This document shows, piece after piece, positions 21,203 to 32,088 of a stretch of 64,000 nucleotides of DNA. The stretch spans positions 10,905-74,904 of the forward strand of contig JAQUVE010000001.1 in NCBI GenBank assembly GCA_028693565.1, in the 5' to 3' direction. Position 1 is the stretch's first letter; every line of letters begins with the position of its first letter. The position numbers and the translations under genes were made by a program. This DNA is from Sulfurospirillaceae bacterium (lineage in GTDB: Bacteria; Campylobacterota; Campylobacteria; Campylobacterales; Sulfurospirillaceae). The notes under the pieces were generated by a model that did no database searches, was not told where the DNA came from, and was given only the letters and a program-made list of their open reading frames with translations.

Positions 21203-22291
21203 TTATCCAATTAATACTAAATTTTCTCTAATATCCTGATACGTTTTGGATATTGCATAGATTTCATATGGCTCTAATTGAATCTCATCCACAATAATAA
21301 TAGGAGATAAAGAGAGAACAACAGAGCCAATCAGAGCTTGGCGACAAGCAATTTCAATTTCAATAGGAGGAGGTTTTCGCAACATTTCTTTGACATTCAA
21401 ATAAGTACTTTGGGTTAACTCATTAAAATACGCTAAACTTAACAAATACACTTCTTCTTTGGAAAAATATCCTTTTCCTCCATCAATGAACTCTACTTTT
21501 CCTTTTATATACTCTCTTTTTAACACTGAATAAAATAAAAAAAAGCTAGGGACAACTTCTTTACAACTATTTTTGACCCATGCTCTTTGTAAACGATAAT
21601 TTAAAAATTTTTCTCGTCTCAAACGAAAAGGTGTCATTTGTTCTTCGCATTGCATCACCTTTTTATAGAGTGCAATTCTTTCCTCAATGGAAGAAGGAAG
21701 TACCTGAAAAGGGCAAGGAGAGCAGAGCTCATCTTGCAGACGATGTTGTTGTTCACGCTGTACTTGCAAAGCAAACAAACATCCACAATAATCTTGATGG
21801 TATAGTCGTGCCTCTTTTGCCATCAAAAACTGCTCACTCGTACCACCTCCTTTACGAAAATCTGGTGCCACCATTTCTAAACCATAAGTTCCAACAATTT
21901 GCTCTAGAGATTTTTGCAAACTTTCAATAGATTTTTTTGGACTTGTTAGCAACGTTGTTGTTATTACTTTTTCACCTAATTCCAATGCTTTTAAAGCAGT
22001 TTTCTCTAACCTGTTATCAAAACAAACATAACAACGTTTCCCTTTCTCAGGCTCATTTTCCAACCCTCTAACAGCTTCCAACCAACCTTTATAGTCATAC
22101 TCCCCTATATGCAAAGGAATTCCCAGCTTCTGACAACTTCTTTGAACATCTAAAAGACGCAATTGATATTCTGAGTAAGGGTGAATGTTTGGATCGTAAA
22201 AGAAACCAATTAAGTGTTCATGTGGAAATTGCTGATGTAGTTTTTGAAGAAAAAAATGACTATCAACTGAGCAGCAAATATGTACTAGCAT
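21203..22291 (-). CDS. queH: Epoxyqueuosine reductase QueH (DUF208) with C-terminal extension
   Basis: MLVHICCSVDS, FYDPNIHPYSEY..R, GKRCYVCF..RL and YHQDYCGC motifs. Start at 22291 follows an AGGA RBS. Confidence 0.8.
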   Translation of the reverse strand: MLVHICCSVDSHFFLQKLHQQFPHEHLIGFFYDPNIHPYSEYQLRLLDVQRSCQKLGIPLHIGEYDYKGWLEAVRGLENEPEKGKRCYVCFDNRLEKTALKALELGEKVITTTLLTSPKKSIESLQKSLEQIVGTYGLEMVAPDFRKGGGTSEQFLMAKEARLYHQDYCGCLFALQVQREQQHRLQDELCSPCPFQVLPSSIEERIALYKKVMQCEEQMTPFRLRREKFLNYRLQRAWVKNSCKEVVPSFFLFYSVLKREYIKGKVEFIDGGKGYFSKEEVYLLSLAYFNELTQSTYLNVKEMLRKPPPIEIEIACRQALIGSVVLSLSPIIIVDEIQLEPYEIYAISKTYQDIRENLVLIG

Positions 22292-22459
22292 TCCTAACTT
22301 TCTTGAGATTTTAGAGACAACCATCTCTAAAAATCTACGCTTAATTTGATTCAAAAGTATAACACAGATTTGCTAATGCATATAAAACAAGTATGCTATT
22401 TCTTTTATCTATTAGAGTATTTATAGTATAATATTTTTAGCTACTAAAAGGAGAGTAAG

Positions 22460-25318
22460 ATGCTTATGAAGTACATAAAAAATATTCGATTTTGGCTTAT
22501 TTTCCTTCCTCTGTTTTATACAATGATTGGGTTTGTGGTTGTTCCTTGGATGATTACGTCACAAGCACCTCAATGGCTTAAAGATAGATTGAACTTGGAT
22601 ATTTCAGTGCAATCTGCCACGTTTAACCCTTTTAGCTTTGAACTTACACTAGGCAATTTAAAGCTGTTTGATGCAACTCATAAACAGCTCTTTGGTGTCA
22701 AACATCTGTATCTCAACTATGAACCATCGCATCTTTTTCAAAAAGAACTTTTGATTCAATCTATTCAGATTGAAGAGCCCCATGCCGTGTTACAAATTTT
22801 ACAAGATGGTAAACTTAATATTGCTTCGCTTTTCCCTCCTTCTGACACACCTGAAAATGAAACACACCAAAATACAACACTGCCTATAAACTTTTTAATT
22901 GAGCAAACCATTATCCACAATGGTCATATTCTTTTTGAAGATTTAAGCACACAAAAACCGTTTTCACTTCCTATCGGACCCATTAATTACACCATTAATA
23001 ATTTTGGTTTCAATAAAGATGATTTAAGTATTCACGCTCTTGAAATGGCTTTAAAAAATGAAGAAAAAATCACCCTTGCCAGTAGTCTTTCACTTAATCC
23101 CATTAAGCTCCATGGAGAATTAACACTGAGTGCCATTGCTTTACAAGATTTTTGGCCTTATTTAATGCCTCAATCAAAAGCCATACTCACACAAGGTTTG
23201 CTATCAATGCGACTACCTTTTTGGATTGATTTGAGTCAGAAAATTCCTACAATTGCTATCGACAAAGCAGCGCTAACTTTAAACAATGTTCAATTTGTAG
23301 ATGAAAAGCAACATAACGTTATTGTTGTACCAAAATTATCACTAGATGCACTCAGCTTTGCATGGCCGCAAGCAACAGGAGAGATTGATAATCTAAGCTT
23401 GGACGAACCTTTTATTGATGTTGCATTTGAACATGGCTACATACCTACGTTTATTTCTCTTCTTTCCCCCACCTCTGAAGCCAAAAATAGATCTAAAGAG
23501 ACGACTTCATCAACAAATTCTTTAGGCACAATAACACTTCACTCGTTTAAAATAAATAATGGTGAAATGGTATTGATTGATAAAAACTACAAAAACACAA
23601 TACCCTCTAAACTAACAAAACTCGCTTTAGAAGCAAAAAATATTTCAACTGATCACAATCAAACACTCTCTTATACACTTTCAAGTGTGATGGATACAAA
23701 TAGTTCACTTTCACTAAAGGGTACCTATTTGCCAAAAGACGATGCTTTGCAAAGTACCTTTGAAATCAAAACCTTTGCTATCCCTAAAGTACAACCATAC
23801 TTAGCGTCTATCACTCCTTTAAAAATCAATCATGGGTTTTTATCTCTTAATGGAACGATTAAAGCCTCTTTTGCAAAAGAAACTCCAACGATTGCTTTTG
23901 CAGCTGATTCTATCGCTATTGCACAACTTCTTATTCAAGATACAACGAAAGAGACTTTTGTAGCTTGGGAAAAATTAGCACTTCAAGCCATTCATTACGC
24001 AAGCCTTCCAGCCTCTTTACACGTGGAGGGCATTACCTTGATGAAACCTTATATAAATTTAGATATTCATAAAGACCACACAACTAACTTTACAAATATT
24101 ATCACAACACCCTCAACACCAAAGCATAAAAAAACAACTCCAATGGAATTTTATATTGGTAAAGTTACATTAAAAGATGGCCATGCAAATTTTAAAGATG
24201 CAACACTACCTATCCTTTTTGCAACCTATATGAATAAGCTTAACGGAACCATTTCAGCGTTAAATACAAAAAATACAAAACCTTCAACTCTTACCTTAGA
24301 AGGCAAGGTGGGTCAATATGGCTATACCAAAGTCGAAGGAGCTCTTTTGCCATTTGATTTTAAAAATCACGCTAATCTCAAAGTTCTCTTTAAAAACATT
24401 GACATGCCTTCTCTAACCCCTTATTCAGGTAAATTCCTTGGCTATGCTATTGAGAAAGGCAAGCTCTCCATGGATCTATCTTATACTATCAAAAAAGGGA
24501 TCATGGAAGGTGCCAATAAAATCAATATTGATTCTCTCACACTGGGTAAAAAAATAGAGAGTGATGATGCCACTAGCTTACCTTTAGACTTAGCTATAGC
24601 GCTTTTAAAAGATTCCAATGGACAAATTGATATTGATATGCCCGTAAGTGGGGATTTGAATAATCCTGATTTTAAATACGGAAGCGTCGTATGGAGAGCC
24701 TTTGGAAATCTTATTGGAGGCATTATCGCCTCACCTTTCAAATTACTCGGTTCTATTATAGGACTTTCTCAAAGCGAAGGACTAAAAAGTATTGATTTCC
24801 CTGCTGGTTCAGCATCTTTTGTCAGTTCTGAAGAAGAAAAGATGGAGCAATACCGCCAAATACTAGAAAAAAAAGTAGGATTAAAACTTATTATTGCACC
24901 AAGCTATAATGAAGAAATTGATACGATTGCCCTTAAAAACAATGAGCTCTCTCGTTTGATTGAAAGCATAACCAGTAAAGACGACAAAGAAAAAAATAGC
25001 TATAGTAAAGCTATTAAAACACTCTTTATACAAAAATATAATGAAAAAATTTATGACCAATTGATGCAAACCTATACCGAAGAAAAACGTAGTAAAAGTG
25101 CTATCAATGAAGCACTCAAAGAAAAAATACTGAGCACAATAATCTTACCAAAAGATACTTTAACCATACTGGCAAACCAACGAGCACAAAGTTTTGTCTC
25201 TTTATTAACGACTAAGTATCATATTAACCCTGCACGTGTTAAAATTGGTGAATTAAAACAAACCAATGCCCTAAGAGATGCTTGGGTAGGATGTGAAATA
25301 AGTATTGCGACTAATTAA
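22460..25318 (+). CDS. DUF748 domain-containing (AsmA-like) envelope protein
   Basis: N-terminal TM, repeated beta-rich modules, PSLTPYSGKFLGYAIEKGKL and DSNGQIDIDMPVSGDLNNPDF motifs, OmpA-like tail (LANQRA). Confidence 0.8.
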   Translation: MLMKYIKNIRFWLIFLPLFYTMIGFVVVPWMITSQAPQWLKDRLNLDISVQSATFNPFSFELTLGNLKLFDATHKQLFGVKHLYLNYEPSHLFQKELLIQSIQIEEPHAVLQILQDGKLNIASLFPPSDTPENETHQNTTLPINFLIEQTIIHNGHILFEDLSTQKPFSLPIGPINYTINNFGFNKDDLSIHALEMALKNEEKITLASSLSLNPIKLHGELTLSAIALQDFWPYLMPQSKAILTQGLLSMRLPFWIDLSQKIPTIAIDKAALTLNNVQFVDEKQHNVIVVPKLSLDALSFAWPQATGEIDNLSLDEPFIDVAFEHGYIPTFISLLSPTSEAKNRSKETTSSTNSLGTITLHSFKINNGEMVLIDKNYKNTIPSKLTKLALEAKNISTDHNQTLSYTLSSVMDTNSSLSLKGTYLPKDDALQSTFEIKTFAIPKVQPYLASITPLKINHGFLSLNGTIKASFAKETPTIAFAADSIAIAQLLIQDTTKETFVAWEKLALQAIHYASLPASLHVEGITLMKPYINLDIHKDHTTNFTNIITTPSTPKHKKTTPMEFYIGKVTLKDGHANFKDATLPILFATYMNKLNGTISALNTKNTKPSTLTLEGKVGQYGYTKVEGALLPFDFKNHANLKVLFKNIDMPSLTPYSGKFLGYAIEKGKLSMDLSYTIKKGIMEGANKINIDSLTLGKKIESDDATSLPLDLAIALLKDSNGQIDIDMPVSGDLNNPDFKYGSVVWRAFGNLIGGIIASPFKLLGSIIGLSQSEGLKSIDFPAGSASFVSSEEEKMEQYRQILEKKVGLKLIIAPSYNEEIDTIALKNNELSRLIESITSKDDKEKNSYSKAIKTLFIQKYNEKIYDQLMQTYTEEKRSKSAINEALKEKILSTIILPKDTLTILANQRAQSFVSLLTTKYHINPARVKIGELKQTNALRDAWVGCEISIATN

Positions 25319-25334
25319 TCCAACAATGAGGCAC

Positions 25335-25802
25335 TTACTTTTGTAAGGCCTCTAATTGTGCTTTAACGGCAGTCGTATGTCCTGCTACTTTAACATTTGA
25401 CCAAATATGAGCAATTTTACCTTCAGGATTAATCAAAAATGTTGAGCGCACAATTCCCATATACTCTTTACCACAAAACTTTTTTAACTGCCATACACCA
25501 TAGCTTTGTGCCACATCTGTACTCTCATCGGATAAAAGGGTAATGTCCAATTTTTGTTTTTCTATAAAACTACGATGTTTTTTAGTGCTATCAGGGCTAA
25601 CACCTAAAATAACCGCACCTTGTGCTTCAAATTGTGGTAAAGAGGCTGTAAAATCACACGCTTCTGTGGTACATCCTGGCGTATTATCTTTAGGATAAAA
25701 ATAAAGCACTATCCACTTTCCTTCTAAATCTCTTAGAGAAATCTCTACATCATCTTGGTTTGGTAAGCTAAATTCAGGAGCTTTATCACCTATTTTTAAC
25801 AT
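25335..25802 (-). CDS. bcp: Thioredoxin-dependent peroxiredoxin Bcp
   Basis: VLYFYPKDNTPGCTTEACDF motif. Confidence 0.97.
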   Translation of the reverse strand: MLKIGDKAPEFSLPNQDDVEISLRDLEGKWIVLYFYPKDNTPGCTTEACDFTASLPQFEAQGAVILGVSPDSTKKHRSFIEKQKLDITLLSDESTDVAQSYGVWQLKKFCGKEYMGIVRSTFLINPEGKIAHIWSNVKVAGHTTAVKAQLEALQK

Positions 25803-25822
25803 TTAATTTCCTTTTTCATTTT

Positions 25823-27244
25823 TTAACATATTACCACAGATTTAATTTGAGTATAATCATCTATGAGAGCATATTTTGGCCCTTCTTTACCAATACCACT
25901 GTTTTTACTCCCACCATAAGGCTGTAAGTCAAAGCGCAATGTTGGAATATCATTAATCACTACACCACCTGCTTCTAAATGGTCGATAGCATCTTGAACC
26001 ATCGTTAGGTTATTCGAAAAAATTGAGTATTGAAGCCCGTAAGGTGAGTTGTTCATTCTGGCTTTAGCTTCTTCATAGCTTGCAACTTTTATCAGTGATA
26101 CAATAGGTGCAAATACCTCTTCACAGACAATATTCATCTCTTCGGTGACATTACCCATCACCGTTGGTTCAAACAGTAAATCTTTGCATGTAAATCCACA
26201 CAATACTTCAGCTCCTTCATCGATGGCATTTTGTACCCAATGTTTTGCTTGCATCATAGCTTTTTCATTAATCATGGGACCAATAAAGGTTTGCTCATCA
26301 TAAGGGGAACCAACGAGTAAAGTTTTTGTCTCTTCAACTAAAGCATGTGAAAAAACATCATAAACACTTTCATGAACATAAATGCGTTGTAAAGAGATGC
26401 ACACTTGCCCTGAGTTAATAAAAGCTCCTATCGCACAACGCGCTGCTGCCACAGCAATATTGGCTGAATGATCAATATACGTTGCCGCATTACCACCAAG
26501 TTCTAATGCAATTTTTTTAATACCTGCTTTCTGAGTGATTTCACGTCCCACTGGCACACTCCCCGTAAAGCTAATGACTCGAGGAATGGAACTTTGAACT
26601 AAAGTATCATTGACACCCTTTCCACTGTAAATAAGACTAAGAGCATCGGTGAGCGCATAAGGGCTTTCAATAAAAAGTTGTGCCAATAAAAATGCTGTGC
26701 GTGGAGCTTGTGATGTTGGTTTTAACACAACAGCATTACCTGCAACCAATGCAGGCGCAATTTTATGCGCCACTAAATTGAGTGGAAAATTAAAAGGCGT
26801 GATAGCCAAAACAACACCTACAGCTTCTCGTTTATAAAAAGCTAAAGTTTTTTTGCCACTCGGCGTTGCTGTCGTATCAAATGTTTCACCATTGATTTCG
26901 ACTATCGCACTGGCAGAAAGCTTGATAGTCTCAATGCACCTCTCTACTTCAATACGCGAAAAACGAATAGGCTTCCCTACTTCATGAGTAATTGTTTGGG
27001 CTACTTTTTCTTTCTCTTTTTCTAACTTTTCAGCCACATCTAAAAGCCAATGAATACGTTGATATAGAGGTGAATTTTTGGTGTCTTTAAACGCCTTATG
27101 CGCAATTTTAAGTACCGCTAAAGCATCATCTTGATTACACACAGCAACGCGAGAAACAACTTCTCCATTATATGGGCTAAGTACCTCTTTATAGCTACTT
27201 TTTGCTGTACATATAGAGCCAAAATAGACATCAGCTTGCATCAT
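25823..27244 (-). CDS. Aldehyde dehydrogenase family protein
   Basis: ITPFNFP, LELGG (general base Glu), GQVCIS (catalytic Cys) and EEVFAP motifs, all intact. Confidence 0.93.
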   Translation of the reverse strand: MMQADVYFGSICTAKSSYKEVLSPYNGEVVSRVAVCNQDDALAVLKIAHKAFKDTKNSPLYQRIHWLLDVAEKLEKEKEKVAQTITHEVGKPIRFSRIEVERCIETIKLSASAIVEINGETFDTTATPSGKKTLAFYKREAVGVVLAITPFNFPLNLVAHKIAPALVAGNAVVLKPTSQAPRTAFLLAQLFIESPYALTDALSLIYSGKGVNDTLVQSSIPRVISFTGSVPVGREITQKAGIKKIALELGGNAATYIDHSANIAVAAARCAIGAFINSGQVCISLQRIYVHESVYDVFSHALVEETKTLLVGSPYDEQTFIGPMINEKAMMQAKHWVQNAIDEGAEVLCGFTCKDLLFEPTVMGNVTEEMNIVCEEVFAPIVSLIKVASYEEAKARMNNSPYGLQYSIFSNNLTMVQDAIDHLEAGGVVINDIPTLRFDLQPYGGSKNSGIGKEGPKYALIDDYTQIKSVVIC

Positions 27245-27345
27245 TTTTCCTTTACTTTAATGTGCAAAATTATACTACTAAAAGAACATTTAATCAAAAT
27301 TTCGATATTATCATAGTTCTTTATATAACACACAAGGTGTCAAGA

Positions 27346-28260
27346 ATGGATCAAGCAAAATATATTTGGATGGATGGAAAACTCGTTGCATGGGAAGATG
27401 CAAAAATACATGTTCTAACACATACGCTTCACTACGGCAATGGTGTCTTTGAAGGTACGCGTGCCTATATGACCGATGAGGGTATGGCAATTTTTAAATT
27501 ACGTGAACATACTAAGCGTTTACTTAACTCTGCTAAGATTACACGTATCAAGCCTACCTTTAGTCTTGAAGAGCTAGAAGCAGCTCAAGTGGAAGTACTT
27601 AAAGCTAATGATTTTACTTCAAATGTCTATATTCGCCCATTGATTTATTTAGGCTATGGCATTATGGGATTAAACCATGTTCACGCACCTGTAAACACAG
27701 CGATAGCAGCATGGCAATGGGGTAGTTATTTAGGTGATGAAGGTATTGAAAAAGGAATTCGTGTCAAAATTTCTTCTTTTACACGCAATCCTGTTACATC
27801 TACCATGGGTAAAGCAAAAGCTGCTGCAAACTATCTTAATTCGCAACTGGCTAAATATGAAGCAGTTGAAGCTGGATATGAAGAAGCATTACTTCTTGAT
27901 GCGGATGGTTTTATTGCTGAGGGAAGTGGTGAGTGTTTCTTTATCGTCAGAGATGGTGTGTTAATCTCTCCTCCCAATGATACATCTTTGGAGAGTATCA
28001 CACAAGGAATGGTTTTAGAACTCGCGAAAGACGCGGGGATTCCAATCCAGCGACGTCGTATTACACGCGATGAAGTTTACATCGCTGATGAAGCCTTTTT
28101 TACAGGAACAGCGGCCGAAGTGACACCGATTCGTGATGTTGATAACTATGTTATTGGTAATGGTGCACGAGGCCCCATGACAGAACAATTACAGAAAGCC
28201 TATTTTGATGTGGTATACGGCAAAAATCCAAAATACAAACATCTTTTAACCTATATCTAA
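27346..28260 (+). CDS. ilvE: Branched-chain amino acid aminotransferase
   Basis: THTLHYGNGVFEG, KAKAAANY, EGSGECFF and EAFFTGTAAEVTP motifs. Start trimmed to ATG at 27346. Confidence 0.97.
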   Translation: MDQAKYIWMDGKLVAWEDAKIHVLTHTLHYGNGVFEGTRAYMTDEGMAIFKLREHTKRLLNSAKITRIKPTFSLEELEAAQVEVLKANDFTSNVYIRPLIYLGYGIMGLNHVHAPVNTAIAAWQWGSYLGDEGIEKGIRVKISSFTRNPVTSTMGKAKAAANYLNSQLAKYEAVEAGYEEALLLDADGFIAEGSGECFFIVRDGVLISPPNDTSLESITQGMVLELAKDAGIPIQRRRITRDEVYIADEAFFTGTAAEVTPIRDVDNYVIGNGARGPMTEQLQKAYFDVVYGKNPKYKHLLTYI

Positions 28261-28282
28261 ACTAAAATAACAAAGGAAAATT

Positions 28283-29377
28283 ATGCCAGCAGATTTAAAC
28301 GACTATTTTAAAAAGAAAAATGGTGGAAACGGAGGGAATGGCGGCAGAGGTGGTGAAGAGCCAAGAGTGCCTCTCAATATTGAACCACCAGAATTTTTGA
28401 AAAACCTTGGTAAAAAAGCTGGTTTTTTCTATATTCTTATTGCTCTTATTACTATTATGGTAGTTGCAAAACCATTTGTCATCATCAATTCCGGTGAGAT
28501 GGGTATCAAAGCAACCGCAGGTAAATTTGAACCTATTCCAATGGACCCCGGTTTTCATCTTTTTATTCCCATCATTCAGCAAATTTTTATTGTGGATACA
28601 AAAGTACGCATCATGAACTACTCTTCGACTGAAGATTTGGGGGAAGTAATGCAAAGAGGTTCAGGCATTAAGCGTAACGCTGCCATTTCTGTTCTTGATG
28701 CTAGAGGTCTTCCTGTTTCAATAGAACTGACCGTTCAATACAAACTTGAGCCAACAACAGCACCTCAAACGATTGCTACATGGGGTATGTCTTGGGAAGA
28801 TAAGATTATTAACCCTGTGGTAAGGGATGTCACAAGAAGTGTTATTGGTAAATTTAATGCAGAAGAGCTTCCTCAAAAGCGTAATGAAATTGCCTTAAAT
28901 ATTGAAGAAGGTATTCGTAAAGCCATTGATGCACAACCTGGCAATCCCGTAGAACTACTCACTATGCAACTAAGAGAAATTGTTTTACCTGCCAAAATTA
29001 AAGAACAAATAGAGAAAGTTCAAGTCGCAAAACAAGAAGTTGAACGAACACGTTATGAAGTTGAAATCGCTAACCAACAAGCCCTAAAACGTGCTGCTGA
29101 AGCTGAAGGTCAAGCCAAAGCAAGGGAAATTAACGCACAAGGTCAAGCCAATGCTATCAAAATCGAGGCAGAAGCAGATGCTTATGCTAACAAGAAAATT
29201 AGCGACAGTATCTCAACTCCGCTTCTGACACTTCGACAAATTGAAGTTCAAGGTAAATTCAATGAAGCCCTTAAAGAAAATAAAGATGCGAAAATTTTCT
29301 TAACACCAGGTGGTGCAGTACCCAATATTTGGGTTGATACCAAAGATAGTCAAAAAGCCGTTAGTATTTCAAAATGA
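28283..29377 (+). CDS. SPFH/prohibitin (band 7) family membrane protein
   Basis: Gly/Asn-rich N-terminus, TM helix, SPFH core and coiled coil ([21 protein letters not shown]). Confidence 0.9.
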   Translation: MPADLNDYFKKKNGGNGGNGGRGGEEPRVPLNIEPPEFLKNLGKKAGFFYILIALITIMVVAKPFVIINSGEMGIKATAGKFEPIPMDPGFHLFIPIIQQIFIVDTKVRIMNYSSTEDLGEVMQRGSGIKRNAAISVLDARGLPVSIELTVQYKLEPTTAPQTIATWGMSWEDKIINPVVRDVTRSVIGKFNAEELPQKRNEIALNIEEGIRKAIDAQPGNPVELLTMQLREIVLPAKIKEQIEKVQVAKQEVERTRYEVEIANQQALKRAAEAEGQAKAREINAQGQANAIKIEAEADAYANKKISDSISTPLLTLRQIEVQGKFNEALKENKDAKIFLTPGGAVPNIWVDTKDSQKAVSISK

Positions 29378-30066
29378 CACTTTCTTTAATAACATCAATT
29401 GATTGGCAAAAATCTTCTTTGTTGCCTGTGATTGCACAAGACTTCACGACAGGTGAAGTCTTGATGTTAGCGTATATGAATGAAGCTTCTTTGAAACTAA
29501 CTTTAGAGACAGGCTTAGCACACTATTTTTCCAGAAGCCGTCAGAAGTTGTGGAAAAAAGGTGAAAGTAGTGGGCATTTTCAATACGTCAAAGAGGCTTA
29601 CTTAGACTGCGATAGTGATACCCTTTTACTCAAAGTTGAGCAAATTGGTGTCGCTTGCCACACGGGTAGACCTTCATGTTTTTTCAATCGAATTGATATT
29701 ACAGAACTCCCTAAAGAGCCTGCTTATAAGATAGAAAATTATAATATTCAAGATAAAATCTATCACATCATTCAAGAACGAAAACACGCCGACCCCAAAA
29801 GTTCTTATGTTGCGTCCTTATTACACAAAGGTGAAAATAGTATTCTTAAAAAAGTTGTTGAAGAAGCAGGTGAATTGTGCTTTGCAGTTAAAGACGATGA
29901 CACCAAAGAAATTGTCTATGAGGCAGCTGATTTAATGTTTCATACACTTGTAGCATTAGGATTAAAAAATATTCACCCAGAACTTGTTAGCCAAGAGCTA
30001 GAGCGCCGTTTTGGTCTTAGCGGCATTGAAGAGAAAAACAGTAGAAATGACAGCAGCAACCATTAA
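29374..30066 (+). CDS. hisIE: Bifunctional phosphoribosyl-AMP cyclohydrolase / phosphoribosyl-ATP diphosphatase
   Basis: [17 protein letters not shown] plus [17 protein letters not shown]. Confidence 0.97.
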   Translation: MTLSLITSIDWQKSSLLPVIAQDFTTGEVLMLAYMNEASLKLTLETGLAHYFSRSRQKLWKKGESSGHFQYVKEAYLDCDSDTLLLKVEQIGVACHTGRPSCFFNRIDITELPKEPAYKIENYNIQDKIYHIIQERKHADPKSSYVASLLHKGENSILKKVVEEAGELCFAVKDDDTKEIVYEAADLMFHTLVALGLKNIHPELVSQELERRFGLSGIEEKNSRNDSSNH

Positions 30067-30583
30067 AATTTCGTTTCTCATTTACCTTCAAAACCTAGGG
30101 CTATATGATTATCTAGCCTTTGGTTGGCTAATTATCACTTTTTTCATCCTCATATTCTTATCGATTTTAGTAGCTCGAAAATCCTCAGCACTTGCCTTGG
30201 TTCTTATCGTGCTTGCTTTAATCATTTTTCTCATATCACCATTTTTAATCAAAATGAAACTATCTGAAATGTTAAGACCTGTGCATGTTCAAGTAGAAAG
30301 CATTAAAAAACTTACTTTTTCAGATACACTTATCGTGACAGCAACAATAACCAATCAATCACCAAAAGACCTTAAAAAATGCCTCGTTACAACAAGCATT
30401 ATTAAAAATAGTAAGCCTTCTAGCTATAAATATTATCTTTCTCAATTAAAACCAATTGCAAATCAGTCGATACTAGTCAATGAACCCTTGCCTCATGAAG
30501 GAATGATTGAGAACAGAGTTGTTTTTGATAATTATAATTATGAGGGCAATGTTACTGCAGTCATTCATGCTGAATGCTATTAA
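30047..30583 (+). CDS. DUF2393-like membrane protein
   Basis: Two N-terminal TM helices and a periplasmic beta domain (ATITNQS..LKKC). Start trimmed to 30047. Confidence 0.6.
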   Translation: MTAATIKISFLIYLQNLGLYDYLAFGWLIITFFILIFLSILVARKSSALALVLIVLALIIFLISPFLIKMKLSEMLRPVHVQVESIKKLTFSDTLIVTATITNQSPKDLKKCLVTTSIIKNSKPSSYKYYLSQLKPIANQSILVNEPLPHEGMIENRVVFDNYNYEGNVTAVIHAECY

Positions 30584-30592
30584 AGGAGATTG

Positions 30593-31132
30593 ATGTCTTT
30601 CACCGTTCTTCACTGGATTGCATTAGTAGTTATTGGATTATTATTTATTTTATTTTTAGTGCTAATCTTTCAAAATGCTAATGAAAAATTTCCACTAGGT
30701 GCAATTTTAACCAATATTCTCTTTGTGTCTATTGTGACCCTTTTTACGTTTTATGCTCTTGATAAATATACTAAAGTTGCAACGTTGGAGCATGTGATTA
30801 TTAAAAAAATATTGATTAATGAATCGTTTTCCATTTCAGGACAGATCCGTAATATAGGAAATTTTACGATTGGGGCATGTACACTTGAAGTTAAACTTTC
30901 TAATGATTCTATTGGAGAAGGTGGTACAGGCGGAGTACCTCTATTTCAACCAAAATCTGCATTAGACAGTTTCTTAAAATGGGAAAGAGATACGAATACA
31001 ATAGAAACCAGTAAAACATTTGTCATTGCTGAAGATCTATATAAAGGAGAAATGCGAAATTTCTCTGTTTATATGCGTTACCCACCTTCATTTGCTAAAC
31101 CAAAAGTAAGGTATGAGCTTTTCTGCCACTAA
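30593..31132 (+). CDS. DUF2393-like membrane protein (tandem paralogue)
   Basis: Same architecture (two TMs, GQIRNIGNF.IGAC.LEV). AGGAG RBS. Confidence 0.6.
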   Translation: MSFTVLHWIALVVIGLLFILFLVLIFQNANEKFPLGAILTNILFVSIVTLFTFYALDKYTKVATLEHVIIKKILINESFSISGQIRNIGNFTIGACTLEVKLSNDSIGEGGTGGVPLFQPKSALDSFLKWERDTNTIETSKTFVIAEDLYKGEMRNFSVYMRYPPSFAKPKVRYELFCH

Positions 31133-32088
31133 TAATCTATATTTTCTTTTTTGAGCGCAATTTTAATCTTATCCATTTGATGATGTTTATTGCCACACCA
31201 TAGTGGAGCTAAAAGAGTATCATTTGATATGCCTGCACTAACACGTTGAATCATTACCTCTTTTGGCACCATTACAAGTGCTTTTACTAATGTTTCAATA
31301 TAAGCCTCTTCCGTAATGGGTATAAATTTTCCTTTGTTAAAATCATTCGCAAGAGCGGTTTGTTTTACAACATATAAAGGGTGAATCTTAAGGGATTTGA
31401 CACCGTGTTCTAATGCAAATTGAACACTTTGAAGCATCATTTCTTGAGTTTCGTCTGGTAAACCAAAAATTAAATGTGCACATGTATTTAACTCATACGT
31501 TTTACAGGTCAGATGTAATATATTTGAAAGATTTGCCACATCATGCCCGCGATTGATTTTTGTTAATGTCTCATCATAAATAGACTGAACGCCATATTCC
31601 ACCCATATTTCATGCTGCTTCGATAGTTTTTGAAGATAGCCTAACGTCTCTTCTGTAATACTATCGGTACGTGTTCCAATGCTAAGGCCTACAACATCTT
31701 CTAAACTAAGTGCTGTTTCGTAAAGTACTCGCAGTGTATCAAGTGGTGCATAAGTATTGGTAAAAGATTGAAAATAGATAATAAATTTTTGCGCACCAAA
31801 TTTTTTTTGTAACACGGCTTTTGTTTTACGATATTGTGCTTCAAGCTGTCGCAATTGAAACTCAAGATAAGGATTTTCTGGTTTCGTGGGGTGTAAATAA
31901 AACTTTTTAGATTGCTTATGTTCTAAATTTGGGCTAAAAGACTCATTTTCACAAAAAATACAGCCACCTCGCGCCACTGTACCATCAATATTAGGGCAGG
32001 TAAAACCTAACAGTGAAATCGGTATTTTATAAACAGTAATACCAAATTTTTCTCTCCAATACCTACCTGCCGTTAAAATCTCTTGCAT
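31129..32088 (-). CDS. TIGR01212 / YhcC family radical SAM protein
   Basis: CPNIDGTVARGGCIFC, YFQSFTNTY and GLSIGTRTD motifs. Confidence 0.92.
   Translation of the reverse strand: MQEILTAGRYWREKFGITVYKIPISLLGFTCPNIDGTVARGGCIFCENESFSPNLEHKQSKKFYLHPTKPENPYLEFQLRQLEAQYRKTKAVLQKKFGAQKFIIYFQSFTNTYAPLDTLRVLYETALSLEDVVGLSIGTRTDSITEETLGYLQKLSKQHEIWVEYGVQSIYDETLTKINRGHDVANLSNILHLTCKTYELNTCAHLIFGLPDETQEMMLQSVQFALEHGVKSLKIHPLYVVKQTALANDFNKGKFIPITEEAYIETLVKALVMVPKEVMIQRVSAGISNDTLLAPLWCGNKHHQMDKIKIALKKENIDY

Noticed and set aside
28320-28355. GGN-GGN-GGR repeat at the SPFH N-terminus as a possible VNTR
   Set aside because: The codons differ between units, so it is a low-complexity linker rather than a DNA tandem repeat.
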